Below the pieces are notes generated by a model. The model saw only the letters and a program-made list of their open reading frames with translations. It was not told the DNA's origin and did no database searches. DNA of 64,000 nt, from contig OU015566.1 of assembly GCA_907165135.1 (NCBI GenBank), positions 11,532,001 to 11,596,000 on the forward strand, given 5' to 3'. This DNA comes from Oikopleura dioica. Its lineage: Eukaryota > Animalia > Chordata. Both the position numbers and the translations under genes were made by a program. This document shows, piece after piece, positions 27,768 to 40,692 of this stretch. The stretch's first letter is position 1. Every line of letters begins with the position of its first letter.

Positions 27768-30700
27768 GGAAAGACACCCACGGCAGAGCTAAAAGAAGGG
27801 AAGAAGCTACCGAGATATCTTCAAGAGAGGCCAGAATACTCAGCAGATGATAGGATCAACAGACCTCTTCCAGATCCAGACTCGTATTATGACCAGAATA
27901 CCTACATTGTTCTCAACAGACAGAATATTATTTTCAGATTTAATAGATCAAAGGAAGAGTTTTCAGTTCAATTTCTGGCAAATCGCCTAAGTAACATTCT
28001 TTTCGCAAAACTCAATCCAAGAGCCTCGGAATATTTTCGATGGGAAGCACAGTCCGCCAATTCTGTATATCAATGTTCATCCATCCACTCTTCTCTCGCT
28101 TTATGATGCTTACTGTGATTATCAACTGTGGATTTATGACGCTTTCGAAGCCTCCGGAATTTGTCGAAGACATTTTGGAACATGTATTTATGACGATTTA
28201 TACTCTTGAATGTATTGTTAAAATAATTGCCAGAGGATTTTTCGTCGATCAATTAAGGACCGGAGCAGAAATTTTTAAGTTTGAAGACTGTGAATTGTGA
28301 CGATTTCAAATAACTCGTTCAAAAATTTTTTCTAACACCCCCTTTTTTTGTGCTCATTTGAAAGAGCGTGAAAAACTGGTCGAGAAAATGCTGGTCTTAT
28401 CATCGGTGACGTCACGAGTGGCGCGCGGGCGCCCCCTAAAGGTCTTATTAGGTCAATTTCGGGCTACGCGATTTCTCCGGTCATGCATATCGCACATGCA
28501 TGGTTAGCATCTAGAATTGATCGTCGTGAGCAGGGCTACATGTCCCGGCCAAAATCGTCAAAATCGGACCACGTCTTCACCAGCTGGTTGACCGGCAAAT
28601 ATCTCAAAATGACAAAATCACTTACTTTTGATAAAGGCAACCTACCGATGGAAGTAGGGGGTTGCCCTGGACTCGAGCCCGAATAACTGCCGTATTCGGC
28701 CACTTAGTGCCGGAGGAACTCCCGGAGGACTCCTCTGCTGGAAGAAAAGCTGCTGGAAGACTAATATTAAAAAATATAAATACAAATAAAATTTAAAGCC
28801 ATGATTGGCTAGTAATTGCCGTATTCAGCCACTTAATGCCGGAAGACCTCCCGGAGGAACCCTCTGCTGGAAGAAAGGCTGCTGGAAGACCAATTTTTAA
28901 AAATAAAAATACAAAGATAAAGCCTGGATTGGCTAAATATTATCTAGTAAGCCGCATTCAGCCACTTTTTGCCGAATGACCTCCCGGAGGACCCGCCTAC
29001 AGAAAAACCGACTGCTGCGTTCATTTTTTTAAATCAGAGTTAGGGCGAAGCCGACCCAAAGGGGAGGCCGCACTCGTTCATTCTATTCAATCAGAGTCAG
29101 GGCAAAGCATCATTTATGATCCCGAATATTTCGAGATACTCCTAACTTAAATGTTGAAAAATCCGGGAGGTTTTCAAGAGATCTAACATTCGGGATTTAC
29201 AAAAATCTGAAAGCGAACCAGAGAAGACTTCTTCAATCCAATTCGTATTGACTCTTATTGAATAAAATGATTAGACGTTGCCATCCCAACGGGTCGGCTT
29301 CGGCCTGACTCTGATTGAAAGGAATGAACGAGCGCGGCCTCCCCTTCGGGTCGGCTTCGCCCTTACTCTGATTGAAAAGAATGAATGGGATTGGCCTCTC
29401 CTTCGGGTCCGCTTCGCCCTTACTCTGATTGAAAAGAATGAACGGGATTGGCCTCCCCTTCGGGTCGGTTTCGCCCTTAATCTGATTTAAAAGAATGAAC
29501 GGGCGTGGCCTCCCCTTCGGGTCGGCTTCGCCCTGACTCTGATTGAATAGAATGAACGGTTGTGGCCTTGCCTTCGGGTCGGCTTCGCTCTGACTCTGAT
29601 TGAAAAGAATGAACGGTTGTGGCCTTCCTTTCGGGTCGGCTTCGCCCTGACTCTGATTGAAAAGAATGAACGGTTGTGGCCTTCCCTTGGATTAGAAATC
29701 CCAAACTCGATACTTTTGAGACTCTGGGTTTGTAAACCCAGGTGACAGCCTACAACCCTTCCCTTCGGGTCGGCTTCGCCCTGACTCTGATTGAAAATAA
29801 TGAACGGGCGTGGCCTTCCCTTCCGGTCGGCTTCGCCCTGACTCTGATTGAAAAGAATGAACGGTATTGGCATCCCCTTCGGGTCGGTTTTGCCCTTAAT
29901 CTGATTCAAAAGAATGATCGGGCGTGGCCATCCATTCGGGTCGGCTTCGCCCTGACTCTGATCTAAAAGGATGAACGGGCTTGCTGCGGCTTATTAGATA
30001 ATATTTAGCCAATCCAGGCTTTATCTTTGTATTTTTATTTTTAAAAATTGGTCTTCCAGCAGCCTTTCTTCCAGCAGAGGGTTCCTCCGGGAGGTCTTCC
30101 GGCATTAAGTGGCTGAATACGGCAATTACTAGCCAATCATGGCTTTAAATTTTATTTGTATTTATATTTTTTAATATTAGTCTTCCAGCAGCTTTTCTTC
30201 CAGCAGAGGAGTCCTCCGGGAGTTCCTCCGGCACTAAGTGGCCGAATACGGCAGTTATTCGGGCTCGAGTCCAGGGCAACCCCCTACTTCCATCGGTAGG
30301 TTGCCTTTATCAAAAGTAAGTGATTTTGTCATTTTGAGATATTTGCCGGTCAACCAGCTGGTGAAGACGTGGTCCGATTTTGACGATTTTGGCCGGGACA
30401 TGTAGCCCTGCTCACGACGATCAATTCTAGATGCTAACCATGCATGTGCGATATGCATGACCGGAGAAATCGCGTAGCCCGAAATTGACCTAATAAGACC
30501 TTTAGGGGGCGCCCGCGCGCCACTCGTGACGTCACCGATGATAAGACCAGCATTTTCTGGACCAGTTTTTCACGCTCTTTCAAATGAGCATAAAAAAAGG
30601 GGGTGTTAGAAAAAATTTTTGACCGAGTTATTTGAAATCGTCTGTCTCGTGGGAGACTTCTATTTCTGATCCCGTGATAAGTTATGTTCGCGACCCATGG

Positions 30701-33700
30701 AACCTGGTTGACCTGTTTGTCGTTGGACTCGGCTACATCATGCAAATCATCGACTTGATTAGTCCGTACATCAGAATGGGAAAGGGTTAATTATGCTCCA
30801 CAGTTTCTTTCTCATACCGGTACTATCAAGAGTTTCTCGATGTTTGGCGTCAGTCTGCCAGAATATTCCCGATTTTAATTAACCCACCAAAGCGACGAGT
30901 GCGACAACTGACATTGATCAAGCCTTTGCTTCGTCACACAGTGGCCCTCAAGGTGGATCTTCTGGTCTCACAGCCCTGCGGGCTTTCAGAGTTCTGAGGG
31001 TTCTCAAAACAATGTCGATAGTTCCTGGTTTGCGCTCGATTGTCCAAGCGCTCCTGCATTCGATTCAAGCTCTAAAAGATGCCGTAGTTCTGACATTGTT
31101 CTGCCTGTCTGTATTTGCCTTGATTGGGTACCAGCTTTTCCATGGAATGCTGAGGAGCAAATGTGTCCGGAAACCAGACTTAGGTAAAATAAAAAGCGCT
31201 TATTCTTAATTTTAACTTTACAAAAGACTCAAGTCAATATTTGAAGAGCTTCTTTTCTGAAGATATATTTAAGAATAATCAGTCTAAAACTTGGCTTCAC
31301 CAAATTTGCCGATTGATTATTTGTAGTCACAATATTTTGCCCCTAAGTGCATGATCTTGTTTAGAGCTCGTCGGCCAATTCCCCTTGGAATTCACAATTT
31401 GGAACATCGACACCAGCGAATATGTTTTTGAAGATTCGAAGGAAAAAATAAGGGACTTTTTGAACACTTTCCGTAAGTTCCTCATTTTCTTCCGTTATCA
31501 AAGCTGTTTTCAGGGAACGATCTTTTTCCACATGATCATCATTCAGTATCAGAAGATAGTCTCTACGGAAGGACCATTCTTCCCTGTGGAAAAGATGCTT
31601 CAAATGTCACATTTTTCGAACGAATATTTCTCAACAAAGACTTTCTCTCTAGTGGACCTAATTCTCCGAATTCACACATTCCGACATTCGATGAGCCACA
31701 TTTCAATCTAGGCCCGGTTAACCAAACATGGTGTTACGATCGTTCTTCTTCCGATTGCATTTCGTGGACATTATCAGAAAAAATATTGAAAAAACAACCT
31801 GGGTCGATGAGAGAAATCATCAAGAAAAACCTAATCGGGAGGCAAAATCACCAACCAGTTTTTCGCCAGTCAGAAGCCTTGGACCAAGTTGCTTATTCAC
31901 TCGGACTCGGGAATGTCCAAAAATGCTCGCACAAATTGAGCATCAATGTCACCCGAGAGGTCAACGAGACCGCTTGGAACGAAGACATGGATCACTATCT
32001 CATGAACCGAAAAGAAAACACGCTCTTTTACCACAAGGACTCAGTTGAAATTCCGAAACAAGAGCCCTTCCTCTGCCAGGACGACGATTCTTGCATCGAC
32101 AATATCAAATTGGCCAAAACAAGATGCCTGACGAACGAGTCTTACGGCCCGATGGAGATTCGAAAAGACTTTTGCGAAGAAAAACTGAACCACACTTTCG
32201 AATGCAAAGAAACGCTGACAAATCCGGATTACGGATATACAAGCTTTGACAGTTTTCATATGGCGTTTTTGACATCGTTTCGATTGGTGGCGCTTGATGC
32301 CTGGAATAGGCTGTATTATTTAACGCTGCATACATCTGGTCAAGGATATGTTTTCTTCTACATCGGATTGGTGTTTCTCGGGTCTTATTATCTTATCAAC
32401 TTGATCTTGGCGGTCGTTTACATGGCTTACGAAGAAGAAGTCGCAGCAGTTGAGGAAGAGATTCAGCAAATGGAGGCGGAAGAGGCAGAAAGACGCGTTC
32501 GACAATCGGTGATGCAGAGAACTTCTGATATGTCAGCAGATTCGAGGAGCGATGCAGACAAAAAGGACTCTTTTCTCAACCCTATTCCTGAGCTGAAAAT
32601 TGACACGTGCGCCGATGCAACCCCTAAATCTCTCCACAAACTTCCACTTGTAAAAACGCTCTCAAACAATTCCAACGCTTCTGGATTCTCCGGTCTCTCG
32701 GGCCGCTTTAATCTGAGAACTCCGAAGCTCTCCCCTGGCAATCGACTCGATGTTTCTAACAATTCCTCTATCAGGCTCAAGCTGAATTCCAGCTCTGGCT
32801 CCAGTACGAGGGAAGTGAACTCGATCGTTTCTGATTGCGATTTAAATGAAACTGGATCAGAAGTAAAAACGCTGGATAGATGGAATTTGCTTCGATTGAA
32901 AACGCCCGATCTTGGTAAATTAGATCATTTTTAAGTGTCTTTTATAAAATGTCATTTTACTATATGTCACATGTTTGCCGCTTTTTAAAACTCTTTGTGC
33001 TTTGGAGCGGGAAATCCATCCAAGTTTCTCTTGAACTCAATGATTTCATCAGTCTAATTTCAGTTCGTAAAGCAATAGAAGAAACAGGGGATGATCCCAG
33101 CTCAGGGGTTTCCCGCTCACGCTCATTTCGAGCACGACAGCTCTATCGCAGTCAAAAACCTCGAATGCTAGTTAGCGGTCACACTCGTAATATTCGCACG
33201 ATATTTAATTGCATCCATATCACTTTTTATATTGTTCATTTTTTATTCGATAAACGTTTGATGCTTTCACAGTCACTTGCACGTAAAAAGTTGTTTGCGA
33301 CCCGTGATAAGCTGTTGTTGAAGAGGCTCAGCGACAGCGAAAACTTGAGGAGCTTCAAGTGGCTAATGGGAGGAGCAGAAGGAATTCAGGAAATTCGCAG
33401 AATAGCTTTATGTCAAGTAAGATCCTCCCAATTCCATCTTTTCAAAATAATAATTCAGATCGTTCAAAGACCCGCTCAAGAAGAACTTCAGGGGGCTTAC
33501 CCGAGGATCAAGATCAAGACCAGACGAAAACCCCGCTGCTAAATGGCTCAACTCCTTCTGGAGAGTATATTCAGCGCAAGCCACGAGCGCCCACTCGACT
33601 TACCTCGACCAGTGACCTCTATAAAACCGAGTCCGAATTCGATGTCTTCCACAATTCGGAAATATCAAAACTGCCAAGACGGTCTAGGACTGGCACGCTT

Positions 33701-36700
33701 CCATTTATTTATCGACCAGATAGGCACGGTTTCTTATCTTACAGTAGTCGCCTTCTTTTCCAATTTCAGAAATTGAATCTTGAAACTGTAAAAGACACAA
33801 AACAACAGACGAAGGAACAATGTCATACATCAGAAGGCTGATTTATCGTTCATCTCACTGTTTTTGCTGCCCTCCAGGGTGGCTTCCAATTCAGGTCTGG
33901 TTGCATTTCATTCTGTATCAAATTTGATCTTGAAAGAATTGTTATTGCTATAAATTTTAATTGAAATCAGCCAAAATAAAGAAATTTATGAAGAAAATCG
34001 TGACGGATCCCTTTTTCGAAGTCGTTATTACGTTTTGCATCCTGGCGAATACCTTCTTCATGACTCTGGAAAAATATCCGAAGGAAAACTATCCTGAGCG
34101 TGAGCCGCTTCTCGACAAAGCGAACAAAGTCTTCACGATTATCTTTATCGTAGAAATGGTGTTGAAGATCATTGGACTGACGCCACATCTGTACTTCAAA
34201 GAACAGTGGAATATTTTCGATTCCGTCGTCATCATGTTTTCAATTCTTGAGCTGGCCTTGAGCACGTTAGCGACAAATCTGGCTGTGCTCCGAGCCTTCC
34301 GGTTGTTGAGAATTCTCAAGCTGGCGAAATCATGGCCGACGCTGAACAAACTGATCAGGATCATTGGGCGGTCTTTAGGCAACCTCGGTCATTTATCCTT
34401 CGTCCTGTTTATTGTGCTCTTCATCTTCGCCGTCATTGGAATGCAGCTCTTCCGTGCCGACTACCTCAAACACTTCAACGACGGAATGGAAGTCAACGAG
34501 ACGACAAAGATCCATCTTCCACGATGGCACTTTATCGATTTCCCTCACGCTTTTTTAATCGTTTTTCGAATTCAATGCGGAGAATGGGTGGAAAGCATGT
34601 TCGAATGCATGAAGGTCTCGAAGCCAAAAATCTGCATTCCAATCTTCATCACCGTTTTCGTCATCGGCAACCTCGTTATTCTCAATCTTTTCTTAGCTTT
34701 GCTACTGAACTCGTTCAGTGGAGATGTTCTCCAGCAAACAGAAGCTAGCAGTAATGCTTTCGCCTTAGCTGGAGAGAGAATTCAAAGATGCATCGTCCAC
34801 GTCGCCAAGAAAATCCCAGTTTGTCTCGGAAGCTGTCAGCAATTTGCCCTTGCTCAGTGGAAGAAACACTTCGCGGTAACAACAATAAAAGAGCCGACAA
34901 ATCCCTGGGATGATGAATTTATCCCAATTAAAGCAGGCGTGTGCGGCGTCTCAGACGCGTTTTCTAGAAGCCCCAGTCTGTCAAAAGCTTATATTCACAC
35001 GCTTGTTCTGCCTAATGAAGCCTCAAATGGAACCTCGCCAAACAAATCACTGAATAATCTCTCTAATCCCGACGCTCAATATCTCCAGCAGCAACAAGAA
35101 ATTCAATCGACGGAAAACGCGGCTTTGCTGGAAGGAAAGCAATACAACCCAGAAGAATGCCTCCCAAAACTCACGCCATATTTGAACAAGTACATCGACC
35201 CAGAGTCGCACTTTTCTCAGCAGTGCATGAAGATCCGAATCAATTGCTACAAAATCGTTGAGCATCGTATTTACGAAACCATTCTCATCTTCACCATTTT
35301 GCTCTCTTCGATCGCTCTGGTCTTCGAAGACATAAAACTCAACGACCAACGAAGCTCATTGAAAGTCGTGCTTTACTGGGCAGATGTCTTTTTCTGCATA
35401 TTTTTCAGCATTGAAATGATAATGAAGGTGATTGCTTATGGTCTGCGAAAATACTTCACGAACTGGTGGTGCTGCTTAGATTTCTTCATCGTGACCGTCT
35501 CGGTCATTTCGATCTACTATTCTCCCCTTCCTCATTCAAAAGTGACGAATTCAACTACAAGCTCGCTGTCAGTTCTTCGAGTTCTAAGAACGATGCGTGC
35601 TCTGAGACCCCTGAGAGCTCTCTCGAGATTCCAGGGAATGAGAGTCGTTGTTGATGCCCTTATGAAAGCGATCCCTTCGATTATGAATGTCTTCCTTGTT
35701 TGCGTTATTTTCTGGCTTATCTTTTCAATCCTTGGCGTGAACCTTTTTGGTGGGAAATTTTCGCGATGCGTGGATTTGAAAACTTCACAGATTCTTCCTG
35801 CTAAATGCCCGCTGCTCAGAGGTATCAATGGATCAGTGTCGGAAGCAGATAAATTGAGATGCAAAGACAGAAAAGATCCCATGTTCGCCGAGTGGGCTGC
35901 GGACAAACATCATTGCTTGTACATAAAAGAATGGTTTAATGACACTGAGAAGAATGAATCAAAGTATGATTGGGAAACACCACCGGTGAATTTTGATGAT
36001 GTTTGGAATGGATATTTGGCTCTTTTACAAGGAAAGGCTTAATAACCTTTGATGAGGACTTAATTTTTTGATACAGAGATCTCCCAAATAATAGAAAGCT
36101 CCTCGAATTGAGTGTCTTTCGGGAGAATTATTTGAGGTTCATAACTAAAGATTTCTAAGTCACCTTTTTGAACAACGTTCCTCTCAACTTGGCTTGTAAG
36201 TTGTAGCTTCCCGTTATATCTATAATTAAAATCAAGTTCCAAATCTTTTGGGGTATCAATATGTAGGGCAACAATAATATAGTTGCCAACAGTGACAGAA
36301 AAGTATGCTTCATAATCGTTAAAAACCACATTTCCAGATTGTGGTAAACTGTAACGCGTCCCTTCATTATAAGTAGATACTCGATAAAATCCATCACTAA
36401 GTAAAGGGTATTTTATATGAATCTTGAAAAAATTAATGTCCTTGCCAAGTGCCCATAATATTTCACGGATATGATCGGGAGAATTATAACGATCAAAATC
36501 AAAAGGGGATCTTCCTGGGTCTGATCGAGACTTAATCAAATTGTATTTGTCGTCAAACTAAGTATTTCTCTTCGTGTTAGGTTCCTGTTTCTTTCTTCAC
36601 TCACTTTTCTCATTACGCGATTTTCCGTACTCAGCTTTCATCTTTTCACGTTTTCATTGGTTTTCTGCGTAATGGAGGGCACATGTCTATTATTTTTAGA

Positions 36701-39350
36701 ATTGTCTTCTCTCATTCTGTTGAACATGCCTTCAAAGAAACTTTTTAATCCCGATGATTGACTTTCCATTTCGACCTCGAGTTGACTCCTTAGAAGCTCA
36801 ATCTGTTCCTTCAAATTTTTTATTTCATCTTTTGCGGCGTCTTGAGACTCTCGGAGATTTCTAATCTCTATAAATTTTTCTCGTTATAATTCAAGAACAC
36901 CAAAGAATGTTTGTTACCAGATTCAAGAGTTGGATTACTGAGATTTTCATTTCCCGAAATCGAGGATTTTTCTCTGTCGCTCATATGGACTCGTTATGCA
37001 AATTTTTGCACTTTTTTGAATGAAAAGTTTTCATTGAAAACTTTGATTCGCTTTTTCGCACATCAACTTTGCTTGCACGTGTGATTTTTCAATAAGAGCA
37101 ACAAATAACGAAATTTGAGCCAAATATAAGTCGCTACATTTATGGGATGGCTTGAAATTATGCAGAATGCCGTAGATATCCGAGGGGAAGGTCTTCAACC
37201 TGAGTACGAGTCATCAATGTGGAGCTATGTCTATTTCATTATCTTCATCGTCGCTGGTAGCTTCTTCTGCCTCAATCTGTTCATTGGTGTGATCATCGAC
37301 AATTTTAATCAGCAAAAAGTCAAAAAGAAATCAAACGGTTTCGACGACGGCGTTTTCCTTACAGACGAGCAAAGACAGTACTACGACGCAATGCGAAAGA
37401 TGGCAGCAAAAACGCCGAAAAAACCAATTCCACGGCCGAAGAATAAATTCGCAGCGGCAATTTACAATTTAGTAACCGATCGAAGATTCGAACTCGCGAT
37501 CATGGTGGCAATTTTGTTGAACATGGTTGTGATGGCTATTGAAAGTCATGACGCCTCGGATAAGGTAAAGTTCAAAAAACAAGCTCTTTTATACGAAATT
37601 TTAGACGATATTTGTGCTGGAGCAGCTAAACAACATCTTCGTCGGCGTCTTCGGTGCTGAGGTCATTCTGAAGCTCATCGGCCTAAGACAGCACTACTTT
37701 ACTGTTCCTTGGAATGTTTTTGACTTGGTTGTTGTGGTGGTTTCCGTCATCGCATCTGCTCTGTCCGACCTCATCTCGCATCTCATTCAGCCAACAATTT
37801 TCAGGATTGTCAGACTCTTCAGAATTTCTAGAGTCTTGAGGCTTATCAGGGAGGCAAAAGGAATAAGAACGCTACTGTTTGCGCTCATGATGTCGTTACC
37901 AGGTATGGCATTATTAAAAATAATTAAAAACGCGACATTCAAGCTCTCCTCAACATCGGAATGTTACTCTTCCTGGTCATGTTCATGTTTGCGATTCTCG
38001 GAATGAGTCAATTTGCTTACGTCCAGAAAAAGGGAGGAATCGATGACATGCTCAACTTCGAGACTTTCCCAAACGCCTTCTTGCTACTCTTTCAAGCGTC
38101 GACGTCAGAAGGATGGAATACTTTTCTTGAGCCAATTATGCTCGACACAGAACCTTATTGCTAGAGTTCGAAATTCTAAAATATTTTCCAAGAAAATCGT
38201 AAATTTTCTCCTAATCGATTTTAAACTCAATACAAGCGACCCTCACAAAGAAGGTATCAATAACCCTGTCAAGGGAAAAGGCAACTGTGGAAACTCGACA
38301 ATAGGCATCACCTACTTTATCGTCTTTGTCTTCATTACCTTCCTCATCGTCGTCAACATGTACATCGCCGTCATTCTCGAAAACTTTGACGTAGCAACGA
38401 GAGAAAATGCAGAGCCTCTAACGGCTGATGATTTCGAACAGTTCTTCGAAGTTTGGCAAAAGTTTGACGACAAGTTGACCCAGTTGATCTCGTACGACCA
38501 GCTTCAACTGCTGCTGCATCAGCTTGACATGCCATTGAAGGTAAATTTGAGAAATTTAAGGGTGTGTTTATGATATTAAAGGTGCCATTCCCGAATCGCC
38601 CATTCATAACACACTATGAAATGCAAATGACATCCGACGGTCAAATCCACTGTCTTGAAGTCATCATTGCTCTCATCAAAAAAGTGCTTGGTGATTCCCC
38701 AGCTCTCAATGCCATGAAGGTAATCTTCCTCTGAAAACCCGATATAAAACTATTCAGGCGGCGATGGTTCAAACATTCCAAATGAAGTGCAAGTCCACAG
38801 TGCAGTATGAGCCGGTGATGACGACGATGGAATACGCTAGAATGGATAGAGCCGCGAAGACCATTCAAAACGCCTGGAGAGAGTGGTACTATGAACAGGT
38901 AAGAATTTCACTATCAAACTGCTTCGACACTTGTTCAGGGAGGAAGAGAGCTGAGGGGACCAGTAACAACGAGAAATCAAATTGCTCAAAAATTTGAAAG
39001 TCTTCTGCGGCTCAGTTCTGATACCAAGCCTTGCATAAGATCTGCTATTTCTCTTCCAAACATGGTTAGCTTTCGAATCTTATAATTGACCATATCATTT
39101 GTTTTTCAGCAAGTTCTTCGTAGAGAAGAGCACAAATTGAAAATCAACCCTCTGGAAAAACGATCGTTAGATTCTCTTATCAAAGGTCTAAAAAGCATAA
39201 GAGGTAATAAATACGTCTTTGAAATGATTTCAACCCTGAATTTTCAGATGAAGAAGACGACTTCCAGTACACAGAATCCAATCACCACAATGCCCAGCAA
39301 AATCGCTCAAGTAAAAGAAAAGTCAATTTTACAAAAATAATCTTGCTTTA
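27768..39350 (+). CDS. Nav: Voltage-gated sodium channel alpha-subunit family member (4x6TM), atypical DEME filter; exact 5' and 3' ends uncertain
   Basis: Nav N-terminus ([21 protein letters not shown]), RDPWN, and four intact S4 segments. P-loops ALDAW / CGEW / TFMGW / TSEGW, III-IV linker [12 protein letters not shown]-terminal EF-like region [14 protein letters not shown] and IQ motif [10 protein letters not shown]. Confidence 0.97.
28689..29010 (+). repeat. ~130-bp tandem sub-repeats within the TIR (mirrored at 29985-30252)
   Basis: GCCGYATTCRGCCACTT...CTCCCGGAGGA units start at 28689, 28818 and 28951. Confidence 0.85.
29290..29980 (+). repeat. 57-bp minisatellite (about 11 units) inside the foldback element
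   Basis: CGGGTCGGCTTCGCCCTGACTCTGATTGAAAAGAATGAACGG core recurs at 29290, 29347, 29404, 29461, 29518, 29575, 29632, then 29766, 29823, 29880, 29937. About 1.5 inverted units at ~29020-29108. Confidence 0.95.
36060..36984 (-). CDS. Coiled-coil + beta-sandwich (MATH-like?) protein nested antisense in Nav intron
   Basis: ATG 36984, short GT-AG introns, coiled coil [31 protein letters not shown], then a 159-aa terminal ORF. Lies within host intron 36032-37130. Confidence 0.65.
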
Positions 39351-39683
39351 GTTCTTTCCCTAGATTCAACGACCTCGTCTACGGTTTTCTTCAACGAGTG
39401 ATGAAGCGCTCAAAACATGTATATTTTATTATTGCATTTACCTCCAAAAACAAACTACAACACTGCTAAAACCAATAAAATCTATAATATTGAATAACAA
39501 AAATTTAAAGATGATATGCTTGTGCATTTTTATAGCAATAAGCTTGCATATATTCATGGGAATCAAGCGTTTCTTATCAGAAAAGGGAAAATGATATTGT
39601 GGTTATAATGCGCCCGGTCGGTGAGTCTCGTTCAATCTCATTCACTTTTGCTATAGATTCTATAGTATAGAATCTTTTCCAAT

Positions 39684-40599
39684 ATGGCTGAAAGAGTTCA
39701 AGATGATCTTGAGAGAAAAGAGAATTTTGCCAATCGAGTAATTGTTAAAGAGCCGCAGCGCAGAATTGAACCATCACAAAGTTACCAAGCTCCTCCTACG
39801 TTCCCAGGTTTGATATTGATATCAACCAAATTCTCTCAAAAAATAACAGAGACAGCAACGCTATTGACTCCAACTGCTCCACCTGAAAATGATGTGATTT
39901 CAACCCAACCTGCGGCACACCAGGCTCAATTAATCGCTTCCTTTCCGGTCTTGTTTGATTGCTGCGCTCAGATGGACAAATGCTGCATAACCTTCTTGTT
40001 TCCGTGCATCACATTCTACAATGTTGAAGAAAAGCTCGGCAAAGGACCGTCTTGACTATTTTTTGTTTTTCGACGCGTTTTTATGCGATTATAGACATGA
40101 TGCTTGAAACATTGTTTGTCAAAATAATTGAAAGTAAATTGGAAGACAGGCTATTTTTGTTTGTTCACGACATTTTTAACAACTGTCAATTTATTGAGGG
40201 AATTTGCTCCTGACGTTATTCTTGGATTATGTCCACTTCATACGTCAGTCCCAGCATATTGGTCCTGCTTCAGCTTACTACTTTTTTCGCGTTGTGTAAG
40301 GAGTTTTTTATATAAAACTTAATAAAATTTCAGATAGATCATCTAAAATTATTCGAAATTTAGTTCAAAACACTTCTACTGTGTGACCAACGACAACGAA
40401 TTTTCGGAAGACAGAAATTGACTTCACGTCGACAAAAATGTTCAAGTGCTGCTGGGTAATCAAAGTACCTAGAATAACATTGCTCACGTTGTATTTTAGA
40501 GACTTTTTCACTGTTCTTCTTTGCAGCTGCTGTGCTCTGATTCAACATGAACGACTCCTCAAAAAAGGCCTTGCATCATCGCCTGTTCATAATGTTTAG
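39684..40599 (+). CDS. PLAC8/cornifelin-family Cys-rich protein, copy 1
   Basis: [22 protein letters not shown] and [21 protein letters not shown] motifs. Pro-rich N-terminus. Middle exon boundaries uncertain. Confidence 0.85.
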
Positions 40600-40692
40600 C
40601 TCAATAAATGTGAACGTAGTGCGCGAATTGAACAAGTTCTCTTCCTTGATTCCACAATCCCCACAATCTTCGGATTTTGATATCTCCTCAAC

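Larger units (their letters stand above)
28299..30642. mobile_element. Non-autonomous foldback-like element with ~658-bp terminal inverted repeats
   Basis: 28299-28956 is the near-perfect reverse complement of 29985-30642. TGT flanks both ends (28296-28298, 30643-30645). No coding capacity. Lies inside Nav intron 28258-30681. Confidence 0.85.

Noticed and set aside
29290-29980. 57-bp repeat array as a CRISPR array
   Set aside because: Units are contiguous with no unique spacers, there are no cas genes, and the context is a eukaryotic intron.
28483-30458. Two identical 67-aa ORFs (28483-28686 +, 30255-30458 -) and the 19-aa-periodic ORFs at 29278-29966
   Set aside because: They are by-products of the inverted repeats and of the 57-nt (19-codon) period, with no transposase or other motifs.
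33310-33360. [16 protein letters not shown] as a mutually exclusive alternative to the post-IS6 segment
   Set aside because: No phase-compatible donor was found after YEEE. It is more simply a downstream I-II linker exon.
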